Source: Butyricicoccus pullicaecorum DSM 23266 (GTDB taxonomy: Bacteria; Bacillota; Clostridia; Oscillospirales; Butyricicoccaceae). Taken from it: DNA of 24,000 bases. Both the position numbers and the translations under genes were made by a program. The DNA is taken from assembly GCF_900167005.1 (NCBI RefSeq), contig NZ_FUXW01000012.1:1-24000 (forward strand), in the 5' to 3' direction. The notes beneath the pieces were generated by a model, which was given only the letters and a program-made list of their open reading frames with translations, was not told where the DNA came from and did no database searches. This document shows positions 1-12,474 of this stretch, in pieces; positions within the stretch are counted from its first letter, which is position 1, and each line of letters opens with the position of its first letter.

Positions 1-2789
<2,789 letters not shown>

Positions 2790-2834
2790 GGTCGTGATAA
2801 GCTCGGTCGCGATTGGTATTGCAGAGGATTTGAC

Positions 2835-3668
2835 ATGCATACAAAAATCATTTTTTTGGACGTAGATGGCACGCTCGTGGATTATCAAGGGCGTCTGCCG
2901 GACTCGGCCCGACTTGCCGTACGCCAGGCGCGTGCAAATGGACACCGCGTATATATTTGTACCGGGCGCAGCCGTGCAGAAATCTATCCATTCCTGTGGG
3001 AGATCGGACTGGATGGTATGATCGGCGGTAACGGAAGTTATGTCGAGGATGCAGGAGAGGTTATTTTGCATCAGATGATGACAGCTGCGCAATGCCGCGC
3101 GGTGGTGGATTGGCTGCAGGCGCGTGGACTGCCGTTTTATCTGGAAAGCAACAGCGGTTTGTATGCGAGCGTGGATTTTGCGAGCGGGGCTGCAGATGCA
3201 GTGCGGGAGTACAGCTGCCGCAAGAATGGTGATGACGGAACAATGACCGTACAGCAGGCATTTCCGGACATGATTTATGATGGCGAATTGTATCGAGCGG
3301 ATGTCAATAAAATCAGCTTTGTATTGCGGAGTATACAAGATTATGAAGATGCAGCGGCGGCGTTTCCTGATTTAAAAGCGGGAACTTGGGGTGGAAGCGG
3401 AGAACGTGCGCTGTTTGGTGATCTGGGCGTCAAGAATATCACCAAAGCCCATGCGATTGATACGCTGCTGAACCATCTGCACGCTGACCGGGCAGATACC
3501 ATTGCCTTTGGCGATGCGAAAGTAGATATTCCGATGCTGAAATACTGCGCATACGGGGTCGCAATGGGCAATGGTGGCGATGAGATCCGTGAAATGGCGG
3601 ATTTGGTCACAGATGATGTAGAGCAGGATGGCCTGCTGCATGCGTTTTGCCGGTTGAGGCTGATCTAA
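2835..3668 (+). CDS. Cof-type HAD-IIB family hydrolase (probable sugar-phosphate phosphatase)
   Basis: HAD motif I is present as IFLDVDGTLV. The C-terminal motif is FGDAKVDIPMLKYCAYGVAMGNG with trailing TDDVEQDGL, typical of Cof/YidA-like phosphatases. At 277 aa, length and architecture fit HAD-IIB with a cap insertion. Confidence 0.85.
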   Translation: MHTKIIFLDVDGTLVDYQGRLPDSARLAVRQARANGHRVYICTGRSRAEIYPFLWEIGLDGMIGGNGSYVEDAGEVILHQMMTAAQCRAVVDWLQARGLPFYLESNSGLYASVDFASGAADAVREYSCRKNGDDGTMTVQQAFPDMIYDGELYRADVNKISFVLRSIQDYEDAAAAFPDLKAGTWGGSGERALFGDLGVKNITKAHAIDTLLNHLHADRADTIAFGDAKVDIPMLKYCAYGVAMGNGGDEIREMADLVTDDVEQDGLLHAFCRLRLI

Positions 3669-3843
3669 CTTCAAAATTGCACTCCGCTTGTTATGCAGTA
3701 TCATGTACTGATAATGGGTGGAGTGCCTTCTTTATGCTAAAGTATAATTGTGGGCGCAGTAAGAAACCGGATTTTTCACATCAGCATACCGGGTTTCGTG
3801 TAAAACGTACAAAAAGTTTTAAAATATTTGTTCACAATCGCAG

Positions 3844-3872
3844 TAGACAAGTGTTCATAAAGTGAATATACT
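3844..3872 (+). promoter_or_regulatory. Candidate sigma-A promoter for the licT-PTS-GH1 operon
   Basis: -35 tagaca (3844-3849), an exactly 17-nt spacer, then -10 tatact (3867-3872). The predicted start would fall about 15-20 nt upstream of the RAT element. This rests on sequence pattern only. Confidence 0.45.
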
Positions 3873-3893
3873 ATGTACAGTAATCAAATACTT

Positions 3894-3922
3894 GGATTGT
3901 CACTGGTAATGCAGGCAAGACC
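3894..3922 (+). promoter_or_regulatory. RAT (ribonucleic antiterminator) target of BglG/LicT/SacY-family antiterminators
   Basis: ggattgtcactggtaatgcaggcaagacc matches the known RAT pattern GGATTGTTACTG-N5-GCAGGCAA(A/G)ACC almost base for base. It sits in the leader of a LicT-like gene and directly precedes a hairpin plus T tracts. Confidence 0.85.
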
Positions 3923-3972
3923 GCTATGAAACCTCGTATTGGGAGGTTTTTATGGTGGTGCTTGCTTTTTTT
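3920..3972 (+). terminator. Leader hairpin plus T tracts (conditional terminator controlled by the RAT)
   Basis: The core stem is aaacctc (3929-3935) paired with gaggttt (3943-3949). With G-U pairs and one bulge it can extend to 3920/3959, so its 5' arm reaches into the last 3 nt of the RAT. T runs lie at 3947-3951 and 3966-3972. The core stem is weak, so the exact terminator geometry is uncertain. Confidence 0.55.
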
Positions 3973-4002
3973 GTATTCTTTTTTAGAAAAAAGAGGGGGA
4001 TT

Positions 4003-4842
4003 TGGTTGGGAAACTTTATTGTGCGGCGTATCCTGAACAACAATGCGTTTGTGTCCACGGACGAGCAGGGACAGGAGATCGTCGTCATGGGCAAGGGCAT
4101 TGTGTTTCAAAAAAGCGCTGGTGACCGCGTTCCATTCGCGAGAGCGGAACAGGTCTTTCAGCTCTCACAGGAGAACACCAGCCGCTTTCAGGAACTCATC
4201 GCCCGGATTCCGATGAATTACATGGTTCTCAGCGAAAAAATCATCCAGATGGCCGAGGATAAACTCGGAAAGAAGCTGGATGAGAGCATTTACATCACCA
4301 TTACCGATCATATTTATTCGGCTGTCCAGCGCTATCAAAATGGCCTGGTGATTCGCAATACCATGCGCTGGGAGATCCAGCGCTACTACCCGGATGAGTA
4401 CGCTGTCGGCTTGCAGGCCGCGCAGATCATTCGGGAAGCCCTGTCGGTTTCTTTTGCTGAGGACGAGGCCGCATTTATGGCGCTGCATTTTGTCAACGCC
4501 GAAACCGGCATCGAGATCGGACAGATGTATGAAGTAACCGAGTTGATTCACGCCATCTGTGATCTGGTGCACCAGCACTTCCAGATGGATTTCGATACGA
4601 CCTCTATGGCCTACTACCGTTTTTTGACACACGTCAAATTTTTCGCTCAGCGCCTGATGCTGGGCACCTATTACGAGGATGACGACAGCGAGTTGCTGGA
4701 CGCCGTCCGCAGCAAACACCCAGAAGCCTACGCCTGTACGCAGAAAATCGCGGCTTATATCGCTAAGACCCGCGGTCAAAAACTGGGCGAGGAAGAAGAA
4801 CTCTACCTGACCGTGCACATCGCACGCGTCGCCAAGTCCTGA
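4003..4842 (+). CDS. licT: BglG/LicT-family PRD-containing transcription antiterminator
   Basis: The N-terminal CAT domain aligns by eye to LicT (RRILNNNAFVSTDEQGQEIVVMGKGIVFQKSAGDRV). Two PRDs carry four conserved His contexts (ITITDHIYSA, FMALHFVNA, RFLTHVKFFAQR, LYLTVHIARV). I place the start at TTG 4003, 5-6 nt after SD agaggggg. The listed ATG at 3952 lies inside the leader hairpin/T tract and would add a non-homologous extension; GTG 4018 is an alternative start. Confidence 0.9.
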   Translation, partial: WLGNFIVRRILNNNAFVSTDEQGQEIVVMGKGIVFQKSAGDRVPFARAEQVFQLSQENTSRFQELIARIPMNYMVLSEKIIQMAEDKLGKKLDESIYITITDHIYSAVQRYQNGLVIRNTMRWEIQRYYPDEYAVGLQAAQIIREALSVSFAEDEAAFMALHFVNAETGIEIGQMYEVTELIHAICDLVHQHFQMDFDTTSMAYYRFLTHVKFFAQRLMLGTYYEDDDSELLDAVRSKHPEAYACTQKIAAYIAKTRGQKLGEEEELYLTVHIARVAKS

Positions 4843-4846
4843 TAAG

Positions 4847-4882
4847 AAAACCGATCTCAAGCGCGCGGAGGTTTGGTTTTTT
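4847..4882 (+). terminator. Intercistronic hairpin plus T6 between licT and the PTS gene
   Basis: aaaaccgatctc (4847-4858) pairs with gaggtttggtttt (4868-4880) with one bulge and two G-U pairs. The GC-rich loop is aagcgcgcg, and the T run continues to 4882. I could not recognise a canonical RAT next to it. Confidence 0.5.
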
Positions 4883-4934
4883 GATAAAAAACAAAAAGTT
4901 CCTCTGTCTTCAGAGCAGAAAGGTTGAATCGTTC

Positions 4935-8253
<3,319 letters not shown>

Positions 8254-8289
8254 GGTCATCTTTTTAAAAGTGAAAACGAGATAAAAATA

Positions 8290-8319
8290 GAACCCTCGGC
8301 TTAGCCGGGGGTTCTTTCT
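8290..8319 (+). terminator. Rho-independent terminator ending the bgl operon
   Basis: A 10-bp stem pairs gaaccctcgg (8290-8299) with ccgggggttc (8305-8314), including one G-U pair. The loop is cttag and the tail tttct is T-rich. It lies 37 nt after the GH1 stop. Confidence 0.75.
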
Positions 8320-8372
8320 GCTTATGCGCGGCGGGAAAAGTAGAAATCAGAGATAGAAGCTACAAAAAACTA

Positions 8373-8399
8373 TTGATTTTTGTGGGGTTATGTTATACT
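8373..8399 (+). promoter_or_regulatory. Candidate extended -10 promoter for the small-ORF cluster
   Basis: ttgatt (8373-8378), a 15-nt spacer, then tgt-tatact (TGn extended -10, 8391-8399). The spacer is short for a -35/-10 pair, so the call rests mainly on the extended -10. Confidence 0.35.
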
Positions 8400-8486
8400 G
8401 ACCCTATAAATGTATGCTTGATTTTGCGATAAATGAATCTGGGTCAGTTGGGCTTGGTGATTGAAGAGGTCAGAAGGAGGTTGTGT

Positions 8487-8888
8487 ATGCCCGGTGTCTT
8501 ATATAGTTTAACGCTGTTCAATCAATGGCAGGAAGGATTTTTTATTGGACTGTTTGAGTCGCATGAGTACGCGCAGCAAACAGCAGAGCGTTACTTGTCT
8601 GCCGTCCCGGGGTTTCGAGACTATCCGTGTACTTATGAGATCACAGAAAAATCGGTGGTTGGTTCTGTAGCGCCATCTGGGAAAATCTATGTGGTCTGGG
8701 GATGGAATGAGAATCAGGAAGGATATGATACGGATATTTGGTGCAGTGACTGCTATACAGATCGCGAAGAAGCAGAAAAGGTTCTTGCAGATACGAAGCA
8801 GTGTCTGAACAGGCAGGAGTGGAGTTTAGATGGCTATCCAATAAATCAGTGTCATTGGACGGATGGTTTTGTGCGAATGTTTTATTAG
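8487..8888 (+). CDS. Hypothetical protein (133 aa), no recognisable family
   Basis: Strong SD aggagg lies 7 nt upstream of ATG 8487, whereas the listed ATG 8433 has no SD. The ORF is compact and soluble-looking, with Trp/Tyr-rich motifs (VVWGWNENQEGYDTDIW and a C-terminal CHWTDGFVRMFY). I recognise no catalytic or DNA-binding motif. It lies in the AT-rich islet. Confidence 0.55.
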   Translation: MPGVLYSLTLFNQWQEGFFIGLFESHEYAQQTAERYLSAVPGFRDYPCTYEITEKSVVGSVAPSGKIYVVWGWNENQEGYDTDIWCSDCYTDREEAEKVLADTKQCLNRQEWSLDGYPINQCHWTDGFVRMFY

Positions 8889-8954
8889 AACAGAAGAAAG
8901 ACAGGACTGGAAAAATATTAAAATGGTAGAGTTTACTGCGAAAGGAAGAGTGCT

Positions 8955-9146
8955 GTGCGAAAAGAATTTGAAATTCAAGGATGCATTGAAGTCTCACTCG
9001 AAGTAACAGAAGATGAATTTTGGAATGCGTTTATTGGATTTGTGGAGTCCAAAGGCTGGTCATTTGGCGGCGGCATCCGAGAAATTCAAGATGGATACTA
9101 TATTTTGGCTGATGGCAGCCGAGGGCAGCGGGTATTGGACGGGTAG
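8955..9146 (+). CDS. Hypothetical small protein (63 aa)
   Basis: GTG start with aaaggaag upstream. The sequence EDEFWNAFIGFVESKGWSFGGGIREI looks like a real folded small protein rather than noise. Support is limited to the ORF plus an SD-like element. Confidence 0.4.
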   Translation: MRKEFEIQGCIEVSLEVTEDEFWNAFIGFVESKGWSFGGGIREIQDGYYILADGSRGQRVLDG

Positions 9147-9193
9147 AGGATACAACCAAGATCTCTTAGCTTTTTGGGGATTTGTCTTGAATA

Positions 9194-9643
9194 TTGGGAG
9201 ATGTGATTTTTGTGAAGCAAATACAGATGCAAATGACAGACTATTCGGTATCATCAGAATGGTGGAAAAAACTGATCACACATTTTATTCAAACCAATGA
9301 TGAAATAGAAATTCGCTGTTGGAAAGAGGAAATTTCAGAAATTGCACAGGCTTCTTTGTATGGAACACCTGTATCTGACGGTTGGGAGGTATCCATTAGA
9401 ACGATAGTTACGAGAAACCTTTTGCAAGAATTACAGACAGAAAACCCGACTGATAAAAGCATTTACAATAAAATGACAAAATATTGCACACTCCGTGTAA
9501 AAAATCCTTCTTACTCGTTTGTCAGCGAACACTATGGAACGGAAATTTATATAGCTGTGAGTTCTGATTGTGCCGTTGTTTGTTTCACTGAACTCATTCA
9601 TCCGTATACAGATTGTTTCAGCATCAATATCACAGGCAGTTAA
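9194..9643 (+). CDS. Hypothetical protein (about 140-149 aa; start uncertain)
   Basis: The frame is open from TTG 9194. Candidate starts are GTG 9212 (gggaga about 10 nt upstream) and ATG 9227/9233. No motif is recognised. The ORF is followed by a perfect 11-bp terminator hairpin. Confidence 0.5.
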   Translation: MGDVIFVKQIQMQMTDYSVSSEWWKKLITHFIQTNDEIEIRCWKEEISEIAQASLYGTPVSDGWEVSIRTIVTRNLLQELQTENPTDKSIYNKMTKYCTLRVKNPSYSFVSEHYGTEIYIAVSSDCAVVCFTELIHPYTDCFSINITGS

Positions 9644-9705
9644 AACGTTAGATGTACTGTTCGTTGCGGACGGTTTGCTCATGTGCATAACTTTAGACTA
9701 AATAA

Positions 9706-9738
9706 AAATCCCTCCTGCATTTTTAATAGGAGGGATTT
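9706..9738. terminator. Bidirectional rho-independent terminator between convergent genes
   Basis: A perfect 11-bp stem pairs aaatccctcct (9706-9716) with aggagggattt (9728-9738). An A run lies upstream and a T-rich stretch downstream, so it has a U tail on both strands. It sits between the + ORF ending at 9643 and the - ORF ending at 9753. Confidence 0.8.
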
Positions 9739-9752
9739 GCTTTACTTCATTT

Positions 9753-10005
9753 TTATTGTAAAGCTGCGGATGATCGATCCTGCACCAGCAAATACTCGAT
9801 CAGGTTTCGAGTTGGTCTGTATTTATAACTCCAATCTACGATTTGCTTGAGCTGAAGTTCGATCTCTTTATCGCCCAAAGTGCTTTGTTGAGTGTAAAAC
9901 AATCTGCGTGGATGAAACAGATATCCAGAAGGTCTTGCAGCCACTTTTGCTTAGTATGGATAGGATGCGTTCGTAATGTTCATCACGCGTAATAAGTTCA
10001 AGCAT
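9753..10005 (-). pseudogene. Small gene (about 83 aa if repaired) split by a frameshift; function unknown
   Basis: On the - strand, ATG 10005 has SD aaaggag 7 nt upstream and reads MLELITRDEHYERILSILSKSG..., stopping after 45 codons at 9868. The listed ORF 9944..9753 continues in another frame (ARPSGYLFHPRRLFYTQQSTLGDKEIELQLKQIVDW...) but has no SD of its own. Removing one A from the aaaa run near 9945-9948 joins the two frames. Confidence 0.4.
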
Positions 10006-10061
10006 AGATAACTCCTTTGACACCGTAAAATTGCGATACGAAGGGGATATTTCTAAACGTA

Positions 10062-10088
10062 ACTATATCATATTATTTGTTCTTGTAA
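10062..10088 (-). promoter_or_regulatory. Candidate extended -10 promoter for the frameshifted small gene
   Basis: The - strand reads ttacaa (10088-10083), a 15-nt spacer ending in tga, then tatagt (10067-10062), i.e. TGnTATAGT. It lies about 55 nt upstream of the ATG at 10005. Confidence 0.35.
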
Positions 10089-10198
10089 AAATTAATACCG
10101 AATCATGTGTTTCACGAAATATATCTGTCAAAATACGCGTGCTTTCAATCGATTCATGTTTGACGTATATGCAAGCAAAGCTGTTTTATGCAAAAATA

Positions 10199-10227
10199 AA
10201 TGCGGTGGAGAGATATTCCACCGCATT
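10199..10227 (-). terminator. Rho-independent terminator downstream of the AraC-family gene
   Basis: The stem pairs aatgcggtgga (10199-10209) with tccaccgcatt (10217-10227) around a 7-nt loop. On the - strand it is followed by tatttttg. It lies about 100 nt after the stop of 10324..11181. Confidence 0.7.
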
Positions 10228-10323
10228 CTGATAAAATGTTGACATTCCTCCAAGTGCCTCTGGTGTAGATGAGAATAGCGATCATCATACGCCGAATAAG
10301 GGTATGCTGATGAAGCACATGCG

Positions 10324-11181
10324 TTATTTCTTTTCCACAGGCAGCCAGATCTCGCAGTAATAGTCTTGATCTTGAGCACCGTTTTCAAACTTGCTGGCAT
10401 CGCTGTACAGTTCTACGTTGATACCGGCGGCAATTTTGTAGTCCGGATTCGTTGGCAGCCACTGAGAGAAAATCTCGTGGTTCAGTCCCTGGAGGGCTTG
10501 GGGCATTCGGCCGGTGCAGGGGAATACCGCCCAAGTGTGGGCGGGAATGGTACGGGTCACAAAGCCGTCAGGAATTTCCTTGGCGGGATCGTAATTGTCG
10601 GCAATGAGGTATTCAAACTCGTTGCCGCTCATGCTCTCGTCCAGGTTGATACCGTACATACCACATACTACCTTGCCGCCGCCTGTGCTGAAGTGTTCCG
10701 CCCAGAACTGAGGAACCTGTACGGCAGCATCCTCATACTTAAAAGTTTTTGCGCGGCAGAGCACGGTAAAAGCATCTTTTTTCATAATCTTACAATCCAT
10801 GTTTTGACCACCTTCCAATGTCACTTTGATTCGAAGCGGAGCAAAGGAACGCACCGCGCCTCCGCTTTTTCTGAGTGCGGTAGGCGTGAGACCGTGGAAG
10901 CGGGTAAAAGCTTTGGTAAAGCTATCCGGTGAATCATAACCGAACTCGAGCGCAATGTCGATAATCTTCCGGTCCGTCGTGAGGATCTCCAGACCGGCGA
11001 CGGAAAGCCGGCGCTGACGAATGTAATCACCAACCGTAATACCGCATAGCATGGCAAAACCTTTCTGAAAATAAAAAGGGGATAGAGCTGCTTGCTGTGC
11101 AATATCGCGGATGGATAGTTCCTCCCGGAGATTGTTCTCGATATACTGAATCGCTTGATGAATACTTGTTACCCAATCCAT
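10324..11181 (-). CDS. AraC-family transcriptional regulator with a C-terminal GyrI-like effector-binding domain
   Basis: The N-terminal double HTH is typical of AraC/XylS (IRDIAQQAALSPFYFQKGFAMLCGITVGDYIRQRRL ... IALEFGYDSPDSFTKAFTRFHGLTPTALRK). The roughly 165-aa C-terminal beta-rich part has the length and pattern of GyrI-like/Rob-type ligand-binding domains. Confidence 0.85.
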   Translation of the reverse strand: MDWVTSIHQAIQYIENNLREELSIRDIAQQAALSPFYFQKGFAMLCGITVGDYIRQRRLSVAGLEILTTDRKIIDIALEFGYDSPDSFTKAFTRFHGLTPTALRKSGGAVRSFAPLRIKVTLEGGQNMDCKIMKKDAFTVLCRAKTFKYEDAAVQVPQFWAEHFSTGGGKVVCGMYGINLDESMSGNEFEYLIADNYDPAKEIPDGFVTRTIPAHTWAVFPCTGRMPQALQGLNHEIFSQWLPTNPDYKIAAGINVELYSDASKFENGAQDQDYYCEIWLPVEKK

Positions 11182-11277
11182 AGGCTACACCGTCCTTCTG
11201 TATTCAGCATACTCGCAATCAAAGTGCGCTGCCCGATTTTTTGTGCGAAGGTTTGTCCAATACGTAAGTTTGGTGAT

Positions 11278-12213
11278 TTACCGCTTCAAAATGAATTCCT
11301 GTACAGGATAGCCAAACTCTTCGGTCAGTTTTCCTGCTGAAAAACCTAAGTTTTTGTACAAAGCTCGTGCGGCAATACCGTTCGGATCGCCTTCGCGATA
11401 GGTGAAAACTGTGATGTCCTTGTGAGCGCCCATCTGCGTCAGCATAAATGATATCATCTGCTGCGCAATGTGCTGTCGCCTGTACGTGGGATCTACAGCT
11501 AAAAAGCATAGTACATTATCTTTTCTAGAAAATAAGAGGGTGCCGACAATATGATTTGCCTTTACTGCACAGATGGCAGATGCGTTTTCCATAAAATGCA
11601 AAACTGTTATTTTGTGTGCCTCCAGAGCTTCCTGGGTTTCTAGTCCCGGAAAGCTATCTTTCACGCATTCAACCAGTTCCATCCATGCGTCAATGTCTTG
11701 CGTTTGAGCAAGTCTAATTTTCAAACAAGGATATTTCAGAAGCATTAAATACTCTGTGCCTTTCTCCTCTAAAATTTGAAATCCTGCTCTTTTGTACAAG
11801 TGAAAAGCAGGATTTTTCTTTTGGACAGAGAGGGATACCTGAGAAAATCCCTTTTTATAAAGCAGAGATAACAGGTTGCTTAATAGCTTTCTACCAATAC
11901 CTTGGCCACGATATCCCGGCAGCAGCGAAATGGCAAGAGAAGGCGTATCTTTGTCAATGTGGCCATAATCCTCCATGATACGGCTCCATGCAGCGCCTAC
12001 GATTTTCCCGTTTATCTCAGCTACAAGGCAGTGATCTCCGAACCGAGTGCCAAAGTCGGCAATATAGAGTTGTAACTCGGGCAGATCGATAACCGATCGG
12101 GACGGAGGCACTGTCCCCTCGGGAAGAAAAATCGCCTGATAGAGAAATTCTCGTAGGAGGGGATATTCTTCTGGTTGCATTGCGCGGATGATAAAGTCTG
12201 ATTGTTTCATCAT
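11278..12213 (-). CDS. GNAT-family N-acetyltransferase with two tandem GNAT domains
   Basis: Domain 1 has the acetyl-CoA motif A as LLPGYRGQGIGRKLLSNL followed by NPAFHLYKRAGF. Domain 2 has VDPTYRRQHIAQQMISFM followed by ARALYKNLGF. SD aaggaggg lies upstream; the start is ATG 12213 or the adjacent ATG 12210. Confidence 0.85.
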   Translation of the reverse strand: MMKQSDFIIRAMQPEEYPLLREFLYQAIFLPEGTVPPSRSVIDLPELQLYIADFGTRFGDHCLVAEINGKIVGAAWSRIMEDYGHIDKDTPSLAISLLPGYRGQGIGRKLLSNLLSLLYKKGFSQVSLSVQKKNPAFHLYKRAGFQILEEKGTEYLMLLKYPCLKIRLAQTQDIDAWMELVECVKDSFPGLETQEALEAHKITVLHFMENASAICAVKANHIVGTLLFSRKDNVLCFLAVDPTYRRQHIAQQMISFMLTQMGAHKDITVFTYREGDPNGIAARALYKNLGFSAGKLTEEFGYPVQEFILKR

Positions 12214-12383
12214 TCAGCCCTCCTTTTGGCTCTTATCATAGTATATCATACAGAGGAATGGACTGTCTCGAATATAACGAAATCATATCAAGTCCATGGA
12301 TAGAAAGGACGATCTTTGAAAAGCAATCGAAGAATAAGGTGTTTGCGAACCCAGCAGGATAATCGGACGATTTAGAAGAGTGC

Positions 12384-12413
12384 TTGAGACCTTCTCAAAA
12401 GGTGTGTTAAAAT
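12384..12413 (+). promoter_or_regulatory. Candidate promoter for the kinase-regulator-SBP operon
   Basis: -35 ttgaga (12384-12389), an 18-nt spacer ending in TGt, then -10 taaaat (12408-12413), giving an extended -10. It lies about 60 nt upstream of the ATG at 12475. Confidence 0.45.
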
Positions 12414-12474
12414 GAAACCAGCTTGGCGGGTATACTTGTCGATTCAGTCGTTGTGGGGAAAGGAGGAACCGGGT

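Noticed and set aside
3669-3730. Possible terminator after the HAD gene: gcactcc (about 3675-3681) paired with ggagtgc (about 3720-3726).
   Set aside because: The stem is only 7 bp, the loop is about 38 nt, and there is no clean T run. It is too weak to call without folding software.
3952-4002. Upstream ATG/TTG extensions offered by the ORF track: 3952 for licT, 4881 for the PTS gene, 8433, 12412, 13988, 15760 and 17160.
   Set aside because: In each case an internal start has a strong SD at proper spacing, and the N-terminus from that start matches the family (e.g. MDWKETAKLI for EIIB, MPKRNKRVLLVDDD for REC). The extensions run through terminator hairpins or T tracts, or through the 3' end of the preceding gene.
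9013-9300. A 95-aa + strand ORF bridging the 63-aa and the roughly 145-aa small ORFs in a third frame.
   Set aside because: It overlaps both neighbours out of frame and has no SD. Its sequence looks low in information (LLDLWSPKAGHLAAASEKF...). It is more likely a chance ORF in AT-rich DNA. I could not reconstruct a single frameshifted ancestral gene from the three frames.
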